The notes under the pieces: generated by a model | Database searches by the model: none | What the model was told of the DNA's origin: nothing | The model's input: the letters and a program-made list of their open reading frames with translations, nothing else | Shown here: piece after piece, positions 12,037 to 24,779 of the stretch | Layout of the letters: every line of letters starts with the position of its first letter | Position numbering within the stretch: position 1 is the stretch's first letter | Translations under genes and position numbers: made by a program | Source of the DNA: Octopus sinensis | Taxonomy: Eukaryota | DNA: 64,000 nt | Direction: 5' to 3' | Assembly (NCBI RefSeq): GCF_006345805.1 | Contig: NC_043004.1 | Coordinates: 30,628,001-30,692,000 of the forward strand

Positions 12037-12418
12037 GGAGGCGCAATGGCCCAGTGGTTAGGGCAGCGGACTCGCGGTCATAGGATCGCGGTTTCGATTC
12101 CCAGACCGGGCGTTGTGAGTGTTTATTGAGCGAAAACACCTAAAGCTCCACAAGGCTCCGGCAGGGGATGGTGGTGATCCCTGTTGTACTCTTTCACCAC
12201 AACTTTCTCTCACTCTTACTTCCTGTTTCTGTTGTACCTGTATTTCAAAGGGCCGGCCTTGTCACTCTCTGTGTCACGCTGAATATCCCCGAGAACTACG
12301 TTAAAGGTACACGTGTCTGTGGAGTGCTCAGCCACTTACACGTTAATTTCACGAGCAGGCTGTTTCGTTGATTCGGATCAACCGGAACCCTCGTCATCGT
12401 AACCGACGGAGTGCTTCC
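12037..12418 (+). mobile_element. tRNA-derived SINE (family C), young full-length copy
   Basis: A box tggcccagtggtt, B box ggtttcgattccc; body matches 60652-60885 in reverse. Confidence 0.85.
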
Positions 12419-12544
12419 ATATGTTTATGTGCTAGTGTGTGCATTTAGTGTGTTGTGTGTATGTATGTATACATTTTTAAAGTATGTATGTGTGTGTATG
12501 TTTGTGAACCTGTGTAAATAACATAATTAATATTCTTTTGTGAA

Positions 12545-12690
12545 AGCACACGGTCTAATTGTTAGGGAGTCTGGCTCCTGACCATGAGCTGTAGGTTCAA
12601 TCCTTGGTCCAGGTCAGGTAGCATATCCTTGAACAAAACACTTCATTTCACATTGCTTCAGTCTACTCAGCTGTAAATGAGTACCAACCA
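12545..12690 (+). mobile_element. Old tRNA-SINE fragment
   Basis: B-box-like ggttcaatcct; central ...cttcagtctactcagctgtaaatgagtacc. Confidence 0.5.
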
Positions 12691-13771
12691 GGTACAGGTG
12701 CATCTTTCTCTCTCTGCTGATATTCCACCAGGTCCAGTGTAAGGGTGAATGTCAAGACAGTATCTATGCCTGCTTGGGACTACATAGACACCTAAAACAA
12801 TTAGCAAAACCATGATACATATTGCTAACTCTTACTTGCTCCTGATTGCCAGTTATAGCTGTTCTATACTGAATTAATGTCTTTGCTCATGGAAAAAATG
12901 CAGTAGATTTGGCTGTTATTTCTAGCAGACGAAATAACTACACAGAGACTCTCTGGTTGTCTGGTTCAACTAGTCTTAACTCTTCCATATACTGCTGTAT
13001 TCTATATTGTATTGAAATCACTTCCAATACATATCCATTCATCCAAACGGAATTTCTTTTGTCATGATATAGAAATCATGGATCGAACGATCAATAAGCC
13101 ACAATCAATCACTTTTATTTTCAGTGTTGCATGTTTAATTGGTTTACTTTCGTTTGTTTTTGTTGTTGTTGTTCCGATCCAGTATAGATCTTTTTTCATT
13201 ATTTCTATAACATTGCCAGCAGCCCATTATCTTTAAATACATCATGTATGCACAGGCACACACAAAGATACACACACACACATGTGTATGTATGTGTGGT
13301 GATAAAATTTCTTGGAGAACTGTCTGCCACCAGAGTGCCATGTTTTGTATCAAACCAACAAATTCCATTTTACTAATGCAATGGAATTTGTCGTTATTCA
13401 ATATTAGACAAGACCTAATGGTAATGGATTATGCCAGGCATAATCGAATACATACAGAAGGCTGAAATATGGTCAGCAGGGAGTCAATCAATATCATTGA
13501 TCCTAGTAATTGACTTGTGTATTATTTTATGAACCTTGAAAGGATGAAAAGAAATGTTGACACCAGCAGGATTTGAACTCATGATGCAAAGAGTCAGAAC
13601 AATATCACAAAGTACTTTTTCTGGTGCTCTGATGATTTTTGCTAGCTTTCTGTCCTTTATCATGCATAAATTATGCTAATTTAAACTAAAGAGCTTGGTT
13701 GGCTTTTCAGAGTCTTGTTTCAATGTTTCTTACACTGGTAGTATTTGTGACAACTTTCACCAATGATCCCC

Positions 13772-13818
<47 letters not shown>

Positions 13819-16199
13819 GAATAATAATGAAAACAGAGTTACCAAACCTCAAACCATTTTTCTCTGATGTAACAAGATTACTGCCACAAACTATTTTAAC
13901 TTTAACAGTTATCATGATCTGCACATCTCTTACAGATAACTTGTATCACAGGAAGTACAGCTTTACTGCCCTAAGCTATCGTGAGTTCCACATCCTTTTG
14001 ACAGATTATCATGCCTTTAATGCTTTTCTATCGACTGGCTTTTACAGCTAGTTGCATTATAATTGTGAGCTGCTGAAGGTTTCCCCTGCAGTAACGAGAC
14101 ATCCTTTTTATCAGGAAGCCATCAACTTTCAGCCACAAGTCATCACAGCCACAGCAGCTATCACAATCTATATGTTATTGATAGAAACCAGTATCACCTC
14201 AAATGACAAACTCTATTTTCTTAGTATTTAATTTTCCTTTTCAGCCAGTCTCAAATATCTGGCATAAAACAACTAAAAGAATTAAAATTCCTAAAACTCA
14301 TATTCTTTCATTGGCATGGATGTGCGGTTAGATGGTTTTCTTCTCATCCATATGGTTTAGGATTCAGTTAAATTGTCTTCTACTATAACCCTGGGCCAAC
14401 CAAAGCTTTAGGAGTGGATTTGGTAGATGAAAACTAAAAGAGTTACATCGTGTGTATGTGTATATATATGCGTGCATGTGTGTGTATTATATATATTGTT
14501 GTGAAGTGGGTTCCTCCCTTTGATGTGATGTGTGACTGCTGTTGTACTGTAGTTGCTGTTTTACACTAGTAGCCACAATAGTTATTAGTGTAGGAGCACG
14601 GCGCCTATCCAACAGTCGCTAGCATCTGTAGCTAGTATTATCTCTAACTTTGGGTCGAAATGTGTAAGATACAAGTCTGAAGTTAACACGTCTTTTAATT
14701 TATTAAATGTTTTCTGGCATTTCTCTGTCCAAACCCATTTGACATTTGTTTTAGTAATTCATTAATTGGTGCCTATACCTTATGTATATTTGGTATATAC
14801 ACTTGGTAATAATTTACCAAGCCTAGGATCGCTTGTAGCATTGTCACGTTTGTCGGGGGTGGCATATTTCGTATTGTCATCACCCTTGATGGGTCTGGTC
14901 CGCGTCCACTTTCATGGATTACTTGAGCTAGGGATCTTATTTTTTCCATCAAAAATTTGTGTTTTTCTTCTCGAATAATTTATGTCTTTGACATGCTGCA
15001 CTCGAGACTAGCTCTTTATTAAAATGTCATCGATGACGAAATCGCAATCACTTAACATCGCATCCATTATTTATTGGAATATAGCATGTACCACTTTTAC
15101 TCCAAACAGCAGTCGTTTGAACTTGTACAATCTGCGGTGCGTGTTGGTTGCTAGTAGATGTGTGCAATCTCCCTCTAACTGAATTTGAAGGTACGCCTCT
15201 GAGAGGTCTAACTTCGAGAAAATTTTCCCTCTGTTTAGTTCAACAAATACTTCTGAGCTTGGTAGTGGGTAATTGTGTGTGAGGAAACAGTCGTTTAATC
15301 TGGTTGAGATTAACGTAGCCCGCCGGTGCTGCCCAGTCTGCATGGTCAATCTTTTGAATTATACTCAGGCTTTCCAACCTTTCTAGTTTTTATTGACCTG
15401 GTCTACCGTTGCAAACGGCATGTTCCATTAGGACCTGAAAATAGGTGTTGAATTTTCTTCGATAGCAATTCTTGCTTTTGTTTTTGTGCAACAGCCTAAA
15501 TCTCTCCCCGCCCCCCCCCCCAAAAAAACTTTGGGGAAAGTTTCTTTTATTTTCTGTCTCAGTTCACCAACCTCGTTCGATCGTTTGACTGCTCCATTTA
15601 CTTTATTGTACAAAACGCTTATGAATGTATCCCATAAATTAAATTTCTCCATATATTCGGTGCCAAATAAATTCTTGGATTTTTTTCAAAACATAAACCT
15701 TCACTTTTTTGGTTCGATCTTTGAACATTATATTACAAACGCATTCGCCCGTGAAATATAATTTTCTTCCCATAACACCATATGCTATTTTGTTTAGACT
15801 ACATAATTTTAGGATCAAAAAATTTCAATTTTCCGGAATCTCTATATCCGAAAAGCTGGGTTTTTGGAAAAAAAATTTTAAGAAAAACAATAGCTTGCAA
15901 GAAAATGGGTGGGGGACAGGAGCAAGTCTTTCCGAAAATAGTAGCTGAAAAACAGGAAAAAACCCTAAAAGCAATAGAAATGCACGAACAATTATGGTGG
16001 TGTCATAAAGTAAACATACTTCAGATACACTCGTTTATTCATACAAACGTAACTGAGATGAAATATGTCATAAATAACAGTGACAAACGACAAACAACAG
16101 CAGTAACTTTATTCAGCTCAATAGACGTCATTGATTGGTTGAAATTACATAAATACAACAACTTTAACACGAAATAACTTCGAAAATACAAACTTTTCA

Positions 16200-17058
16200 G
16201 ATTTTTTCCTTTTGAACGGCACATGTCAACACAATTTCTAGTTAACTAAACACTTTAAAACTCCGTATACTGGTAGAATGTGTCAAAATAAAAAATTTTT
16301 TTTCTCTTGGCTTTCTTGAGAAAATTGTAATTTGTTTGTTTAACGTAGTTTAATTTTTCGAATTTTAACCCTAACCCTGGTGAGGGTGAGGGTTAGGTTT
16401 AGTGACAGGATGTTGTCTCAGTTTTAGACGCAGCAAATGATTTTAGCTCACTAGAGGCGATTCATTGGTTAAAATTCGAAAAATTAAACTACGTTAAACA
16501 AACAAATTACAATTTTCTCAAGAAAGCCAAGAGAAAAAAATGTGATCTTTTCCTTTTGAACAGCAGTTTTCAACACAATTTCTAGTTAACTAAACACTTT
16601 TAAACTTCGTATACTGGTAGAATGTGTCAAAGTAAAACATTTTTTTTCTTTTGGTTTTCTTGAGAAAATTGTAATTTGTAAGTTTAACGTAGTTTGATTT
16701 TTCGAATTTTAACCAATCAATTGCCTCTATTGAGCTAAAATCATTTGCTGCGTCTAAAACTGAGACAACATCCTGTTACTGTTATGTTTACATACGGAAA
16801 GCGTGTGTATAAAATTATAGAATTATTTTGTTTGTTTTATTTTGATACATTCTACCAGTATACAAAGTTTTAAAGTGTTTAGTTAACTAGAAATTGTGTC
16901 GACATGTGCCGTTCAAAAGGAAAAGATCCAACTTTTCTCAACAACGCTATGAGTAAAAGATATTTTATATGACAAATTCTACCAGTATTTGAAGTTTGAA
17001 AGTGTTCAGTTAAAAAAAAATAGTAATAAATCGACCTGCCGATCAAAAGGAAAAGATC
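16200..17058. repeat. Fold-back patchwork of direct and inverted ~70-165 bp modules inserted in the Gypsy
   Basis: Module ttttccttttgaac...gtatactggtagaatgtgtcaaa at ~16205 and ~16548 (direct) and at ~16840-16927 and ~16975-17058 (inverted); second module inverted between ~16401-16470 and ~16710-16780. Confidence 0.8.
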
Positions 17059-17848
17059 CTAATTTTGGTTTACCCATTTGTTCCCATGTTTTTTCATTTA
17101 TGATTGTGATGTCCCTTCCCTTGTCTGACACTATTGGTTTCATTCTGACACTAGTAATTTCAATTCTCACACTCACGAATTTTCTGTTTGTTGTAGTCAC
17201 AACTTTTCCTATTGACAAGCTTGTTTGTTCCATTTTCCTATCATTCTAGTTTTGCAGTGCGATTTTATGTCCTGTAAACCCGCAGCGAAAACACCATGCT
17301 TTTTTATACGAACGATCTTTTTTCAGGTGCATCCCACCACATGCCATACATGGGTCTACATCCCGATATTTTTTCTGTTTTTCCTGCAACACTTTGTCTT
17401 CCAACTTTTTTTGACTGGTCCTATGTGAAAACACTCTTTCCATTGAATTTCGTACGTGTCATGCCTTAATATTAATATCATATCACACTCTTACGACAGT
17501 TTCTGCAACGTCAAACTCTAGTTCATTTCCAGTTTTTCTAGAATTTTTGCTCAGATTTCTGCATACCTTGTGTCAATACTTGTACTAAAATCAAACACTT
17601 AAAAAGAATCTGGAGTAAGCATATCCAGCCTAAATCTCCTCCATTCTTTGTTGACTCTGCCTGTGTTAGTAGTGCAGTCTTCATCTTCGCTCTTTTTTAT
17701 GTTTAAACATTTCCATCTAGTATTAAACAGTGAGCTCTTGTTCCTTGAGCTTGCCCGACAAGATTTTTGTCGAGTTATTGAATTTTCCACATTAGTTTAA
17801 ACTCTCTGTGTGAATGTTTTTTTTTTCACTCCGCCTAAATTTGTTTTT

Positions 17849-17859
17849 CCTCGTCGCCA
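17849..17859 (-). promoter_or_regulatory. Primer binding site, complementary to the 3' end of tRNA-Ser(GCU)-type tRNAs
   Basis: TGGCGACGAGG one base after the LTR-terminal CA. Confidence 0.7.
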
Positions 17860-18155
17860 CTGTCATAAACTGGATTCCTCCGACTGGTGTGATGTGTGAC
17901 TACCTTTGTACTGTGGTTACTGTTTTACACTAGTATCCACAACAGTTACTAGTCATTGGATACCATTGTATCTCTTCATACCAGAATAGTAATACACTTA
18001 CTTCTTCTGACTTACTATCGTTGATAACTCAGCAAGACACTGACAAGAACTGTCGACTTTCAACTCTTGACCCTTTCTTGACGACTGGCTACTGGTCTAT
18101 TTATAATGGTTGTTTCTACCCCTTTTTACCATGAGGGGCATATAGTTTCACTATA

Positions 18156-18194
<39 letters not shown>

Positions 18195-18219
18195 GTGATA
18201 TTTATTCGCTAGCCATGAT

Positions 18220-18276
18220 AAAACACCGAGTTTCGGATGTCGGGGCGGAAACTCACGCCGCTATCTCTTCAGTTTT
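18220..18276 (-). ncRNA. HHR-like motif H2 (G at the cleavage position, probably inactive)
   Basis: aaaa-CUGAAGA-GAU...AUC-C-GAAA-CUCGG-UG-uuuu; lies in a ~220-bp repeat next to (TA)n. Confidence 0.45.
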
Positions 18277-18689
18277 CCGACCATCGAAAAAAGGACCATT
18301 AAATAAAGGGAAATTACTGTGTGATTAACCGTTATTAAAGCAAAGGCGCTATTAGAATGACCGCTAAGTGAGGAGAGGGAGTAAAAGTAAGGGAATGGAA
18401 ATGCTCATAGTATTCGCGCAAGCATGCATGTCCATACCTACACATATGCGGCCGCACACCCACGTACATGCGCCTATAAGTATATACTCAACCACCCTCA
18501 CTTGAAATACACACATTCACCAAAAAAATATATATACATACCGCATACATGCTCGCATGCACACACAAAAAAGGTTCAAGCACATATCTATATACGCACA
18601 TGCACATGAAAAACAGGCTAAAGACAAAATACAGAAACATGTGTAAAAAGTGTAAAAAAATATATATATGGTATATATATGTATATATA

Positions 18690-18732
<43 letters not shown>

Positions 18733-18776
18733 TGACCATTTATATGTATATATGCATGTGTTCGTGAAGGTGTATG

Positions 18777-18990
18777 GTGAGGTGTTGAAAAGTTCCAGGT
18801 TTTGAGTAAAAGAAAATACAAGATGATCAGTTAATTATGATTTTATTCAACATATTCCTCTCTCAGATTCATACACTTATTGCAGCATTCCCTCAGTTTC
18901 TCTAAGCCCTGTAAAAGAACTCGAAATGTTCAGCCTCCAACCAGGCCTTTTGCAATACCATTAAAGCAAGGAACCTTTCAGCACCTCGTA
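18777..18990. mobile_element. Mariner-derived MITE
   Basis: Imperfect TIRs gaggtgttgaaaagttccagg / aaggaacctttcagcacctcg followed by TA. Confidence 0.7.
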
Positions 18991-21231
18991 TATTTGTGTC
19001 TTCTTGTTTTGACTTGTGGTTGTTGCAAATGAGTTGTACTGTCATACAAGAAGTGTCATTCATTTCCAATATTCTGAGAAAACATCCCTGGCCATAAGAA
19101 AATATTGCCTTGCTTGGAAACGAGATGAACAGGAAAGGCATTCATCTATAACAAAAATTTGCTTCAATAAAATCCAACCAAGCTATGAAAGCATGGAAAA
19201 TTGGATGTTAAACAATGATGAATAACAAGGAATCTCCTTTTTCTGTAAATTCCTCATAATATATTTGCTTATTTTCTCTTCACATCTAAACCAGGATTTG
19301 AAACTGATACCAATCCAAGATAGTGGATAAATGGTTCTGATGAAGGGTTGGGCAAGATACCTTGTATCATCTGTTTCACTTCTTTGTGTTCGGACCCCAA
19401 CACCTGTGATAACATCGATGCCAAGCTGAAACTGCTCAAGCTTGTGGCCTTTTCCTTGGGTTAACATTGGGGGCAGGAGAGAGGAAAACTGCCAGTCTTT
19501 ATTAAAAAAGATTTTTGTTCAGACATCATCTTCATCATTATCATCATCATAATCATCATAATTATCAACATAATCATTGCTTTAACATACATTTTTCCAT
19601 GCTTGTATGGGTTGGAAAGAATTTATTGGAGCAGATTTCCTACAACTGGATGCCTTTCCAAGCAAGATGAACAGGCCAGACATGTTTTTGCAGTATATGA
19701 GAAATGAATGACATTCATTTACAACAATCACGTGATGCCAAGATATATATGTATACACAATGGTCTACTTTCAGTTTCCAACAACGAAAGCCATTCACAA
19801 AGATTTGGTCACCCTCATGAAGACACTTGCCCAAAGTGACACACAGTAGGGCCGAACCCTAAATCCTATGGTTGGGAAGTAAACTTCTGAACCATACAGC
19901 TATTTCTATGCCAACATATTCAAATACATAGTCTGCGTTGAGTGACAGTGGCTCTTTATATGTTCAATATAGTGATATTATCCACACGAACCAACGCACC
20001 ATTTAAACAACTATAATTCATGAATATTGTGTAATAAACTTTTCCAATAACACACCAGTTGCTTAATTGACTTTGCATAAACATGAATTTAAATCTTGCT
20101 TTGGTAAACATTCAAATTTCAACAATATTATTTAATCAATGCTTTAATTACTGTACATTTAAGCTTCCATAACATCACAGAGTTTGCAAGTATTTTTTTA
20201 TTGGTGATGTTCACAATATTACATTTAATGCTTCCATAACATTACAGATTTGGTATAAATTTGTAGTTTTGGTAAGCTGAGATCTGTGTTATTTGGTCTG
20301 GCTGTATGCTGCTCCCAAATAAGACCAATCTTGATATTTAGATTTGATTTAACATGTTTGTTTACTGATTGATATTGCTTTGTATTTTACATAAGTTGTT
20401 ATGCTGAATACCAGTTGTTAGTGTGTGAGAATGTAAGCTTTGTGGTAGGTGAGAAGAGATATTTCAACAAAAGGACAGAGCAGCATGGCAGCTGGTTAAT
20501 GAAGAAAATCTTTGCAACTGTATATCCCATGCATCTCAATTTAAAAGCATCATTTTGTATGAAATTGTATGGAATTTTCCATTTGAGCATGCCACCATAC
20601 AAATGTACCAAAACAACAATAGGCTGCAATATGGGACAAGATCTCTTGATAAGGGCTGTCACTGCCAAATATGGAAACTGATATGCTATGATCCCTTTTC
20701 TTAGTACAGAACAGACAGGGTTTCAAATGCTGAGTACTGCTACAGATATTCTATGTATGAAAATCTCTATATGATCCTTGAATTATTCTATTTTATACTG
20801 CTGGCAAATTTAAGTTATTTTTCTTCATTTTTAAAACCATTCAAATTTTTTAAAATTATTCAAATTTACTAAAAAAATTGTATTCTATACATAAAAATTT
20901 ATTTGTTGATGTTAAAGAATATTTAATATCTTATAATTATTCTGTTTGTCATTGCGTTACTTAACCCTTCGGTAAGGTTTTCACATGATTAGAGAAAAAG
21001 TGTCTGTGACATGAGATAGAGGGAATGTAACTGTAACACTTTCACATGATTAATTGAAGGGAAAGAGAGGAGAAAGAAAAAGGAGAGAGAAAAAGAAAAG
21101 TGAGACAGAAAGAGGGAGAAAGAGAGAGAAAAAGAGAAAAGAAAGGAGAGAAAAAGGGATGAAAAGCATGCATGATGTATGAGGTAGGGTGAATGTAATA
21201 ATTTTAGCAGAGGTGTGATTTCTGATGGCGA

Positions 21232-21265
<34 letters not shown>

Positions 21266-21502
21266 AGAGAGAGAGATGGGGATGGTGGTGGTGGTGGTGG
21301 TGGTAGTGGTGGTAGAGATGGTGGTGAAGGTGATGGCAGTAGTGATTGGATAGTGAAAAGTGTATTTTAAAAAAAATTTAACTAAGATTTTTTATATCAC
21401 CTATCGCTTAATGCATGCACATAAGTGAAATTCCATGAAATATTTGCACTTATTCATGTGGCAGATATATGCAATTTTAAATTTCACTAAAGGTTGTATC
21501 AT

Positions 21503-21896
21503 ATTCTTTTATTCTTTTACTTGTTTCAGTCATTTGACTGTGGACATGCCGGAGCACCATCTTTAGTCGAACAAATCGACCCCAGGACTTCTTCTTTGTA
21601 AGCCTAGTACTTGTTCTATCAACCTCTTTTGCTAAAATGCTAAGTTACAGAGACATAGACACACCAACACTGGTTGTCAAGCGATGGTGGTGGGACAAAC
21701 ACAGACACACAAACATATACATATATATATATACAATGAGCTTCTTTCAGTTTCCGTCTACCAAATCCACTCACAAGGCCTTGGTCAGCCTGAAGCTATA
21801 GTAGAAGACATTTGCCAGATGTGCCATGCTGTGGGACTAAACCCAGAACCATATGGTTGGGAAGCAGGCTTCTTACCACACAGCCACATCTGTGCC
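21503..21896 (-). mobile_element. tRNA-derived SINE (family A), full length
   Basis: Reverse complement of the 30809-31193 family. Confidence 0.85.
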
Positions 21897-22341
21897 TATA
21901 TGTATGGGATATTTATTTTTTGTTTGTTTATGAGATAAATGGAAAAATAAAAGTGCATATTTATTTTATGAGTGCTCTGTATTAAGTCTATAATATTGTG
22001 CATAAAGTATATAAAGTGTATATATAAAGTGCATTAAGTAATCATTGGATTCCAATTTCTTTCACATTTCAATGGTTAGCAGGTGAGTAACTATCTTTTC
22101 ATAGAGACACAACACAGGCTGTGCTCTCCGGTTTTATGGATGAAGTTTTTCAAAACAACCCAATAGGTTTACCATTAAATTCCATGAAATATTCACAGGT
22201 CCTGCTAGTTTTTCATAAAAGAACATATTTATTTTGCATTAACTATTCCTCAAATATAATTTGAGTAAACATAAAGGAATGTATTCTTTCTTAAATAAAC
22301 AAGAAAAAAGAATTTCATTAAATTTTTTCCTACACACACAT

Positions 22342-22421
<80 letters not shown>

Positions 22422-22553
22422 GGCCCTTACCATACTATACCTTTCAGTTATTTCTGATGATTGTTGGAATTGGTTCTCAAATCTGGTATGAAACCAATTG
22501 CTAATGTGGCTATCATGAGACTATAACATAGTATATATCATATTAATAATATA

Positions 22554-23438
22554 TACAGGGTACTTCAAAAAATTTTATACCATTTTGCAATTTAATAACT
22601 TTGCCAGTTCTTGTTCAAATGACTTCAAATTTTAACAGCATTTGTAGAAACAGGTCAACATTTTATGCTTGATGTTTATCTTTTCAGGTATAGAAATGGC
22701 ATTCACTGGATGAGAAAAAGTGTTTTGTGTGTTGGAGTGTGCTCAAACACAGTTGGAGAAGACTCTGCAGTGTGCATTTGTGAGAGAGTTTTCTCAAAAG
22801 TCACCAACGGCAATCAGATTTGGACATGGCACAAGAAATTCAAAGAGGAAGGCTGTCTTGTGCAGGACAAAAGGATTTGGACAACCACTAACATTGGAAG
22901 AGATGGTTGAGCAGGTTTGCCAAAAACTCTTGTGAAACCCCAAGACAGGGCTCCACCTCACTAGAAGCTCACTGCACAGGCTTATCTCAATGACAATCTG
23001 CGAGGGGGATGGATCCGGCGTGCTGCTGGTGATGAAGACAATGTGCTGTTGAAATGGCCGCCACGTTCACCTTACCTGAGACCTTGCAATTTCTTCTACG
23101 TGAAGGGCCTGGTTTATGTCCCCACTCTTCTTGCAAACCTAAAGGAACTCGAGCAGAGAATCCCTACTACACTTACCCAAGACATGCTGCAGTGTGTCTG
23201 GGAAGAGCTGGACTACTGACTTGACGTGTGCCATGTTTCAGGCAGTGTGCCTATTGAACATTTGTGAAATCATTCATGGAATCTACATACCTTCGAATTT
23301 CTCATTCAAATTTGGAGGAATATATTTTATGTTGCTCAACATTAAGCCTGTTTAGTTTTAGTTTCATTTGCTTTGACTATGTAGTTTCTGTGATATTTAC
23401 ATCTCAAATAATATCAAATTTATTGAAACACCCTTTAT
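22554..23438 (+). mobile_element. rosa/DD41D-like Tc1/mariner transposon, internally deleted
   Basis: Remnants AFVREFSQKSPT...WHKKFKEEGC, APPH...W...KWPPRSP; imperfect TIRs cagggtacttcaaaaaatt / aatttattgaaacaccct; third catalytic residue mutated. Confidence 0.7.
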
Positions 23439-24551
23439 ATGCATATGCGTGAGTGTGTGTCCTTGTGACAACAAGAATGCTAACCAGTTCTAAAGCACTG
23501 TTTCAGAAAACCTATGCCATATCTGAAAAGGAAAGCAGACGAGGAAGAGGTGATGATAATGATGATGGAGTCGGGGTGCATAGCCCCAGGTTAACCCTAA
23601 TTAAGCAGATCTTTGATCAAAGGATTTCTAGCCATGACTGTCCCATTATTTTTATTTATTTATTTGTTTATTTATGTTTTGCGTATCGTATATCCAAGGG
23701 AATATTATTTGCAACAACAACTACATTAAATTCCTCTATATATACTACCTCCATAGAAGAAAGTTGACATTGTGTCTAAGAATGCAGTTACCATTAGAAT
23801 GTTTGAAACAGAGAGTTATTGTAATTTATACTGAAGTCGTAAATTGTAAATGTTTTCAAATAAATCATCGAAAACATTAAACAATGTAAAATATAAAAGA
23901 AGGAATTTGCTGTGGAGGTTACATAAGACAAAAGCATTTCTGAAGTTGTCACTTCTGTCTGCTAGAGAACACAATATCCTTCCTGCCACCATTACCACCA
24001 CCACCACATAACATTAACAGCCAGACTGATAACAATCAGACCATATTCCCCCACATCACTCCGTTTCAGACTTTCAATTTTAATAATTGAGATTTTGGTG
24101 CATCAACCTATTTCAAAAAGAAAATATTTTAGTCTTTTTCTTTCTGTCTTTCTTGCCTTCATCTGTGTCAGTTGTACATTGTTCAACAATGTTGACTCTC
24201 CTAGCTACAGTCTTGATTAATTAAAGTTATTGTACTCTCCACACTAAGTCATTGTTTCTGAAGGTCTCCGACTGTTTTCATCATCTCTTCACTGTCCTAG
24301 GTCTATCATTATGATATAATGATATAACTACTATTTTTAACCATGGTCTTGCTATTTTAAGAATTTATCTGTATTTGAGTGCTAACTAATCTCAAAGAAT
24401 TTTTTTCTTTGTTTATCTGACAGACTCTCCACAGTTCTAATGGTCTTTCTGATCTGTTAAAGATATGTCCATTGATTATCCTAGGATTTGCAATACTTCA
24501 CAGAACATACAGTGGTTTGGTGATCTGAATTAAGAGCTAAAGAGAGTAACA

Positions 24552-24779
24552 TTAACCTTTTAAAATTCAGATTATTCTGTCAAATATAATGCTTATTTAT
24601 TCACATAGGTTTGAATTAATTATGCAGTATCTTGTAATTTTGAGATTTTAATGATGTGATTGTTTATTTTAAGAATGATATTGTAAGGTAGGTGTGAGAG
24701 GCTGAATTTGGCTGGTTTGAACATAAAACAGGTAGAATATTTGGGCTGGATACGACCGGTCTAAATGCTAAAGGGTTTA
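24552..24779. mobile_element. piggyBac-like MITE
   Basis: Left end ttaaccttt, right end aatgctaaagggttt; second copy at 9165-9370. Confidence 0.65.

Larger units (their letters stand above)
14497..18158 (-). mobile_element. Ty3/Gypsy LTR retrotransposon (Mag-like), decayed, with internal deletion and nested insertions
   Basis: 5' LTR 17861-18158 (TG...CA); PBS TGGCGACGAGG at 17849-17859; gag (LFNTRWKCLN; zinc-knuckle remnants in ORF 17246-17443); protease remnant 17006-17233; RT (HNYPLP, FSKLDLSEAYLQI, DDILI); start of RNase H (ATDASD) fused to a partial 3' LTR at 14497-14590. Confidence 0.9.

Noticed and set aside
12037-12110. tRNA-like sequences (also at 30809, 54077 and 62980)
   Set aside because: A and B boxes continue into SINE bodies with no complete cloverleaf, so these are SINE heads rather than tRNA genes
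16367-16398. Telomere or telomere-fusion signature
   Set aside because: Only about two imperfect hexamers per side, in the orientation opposite to an end-to-end fusion; kept only as part of the fold-back finding
24423-24530. Apparent exon with a strong branch point and acceptor
   Set aside because: Shares cagttctaatggtctt with ~25212, the antisense of a mariner GRPLEL-type motif; probably a decayed transposon; stops in all frames
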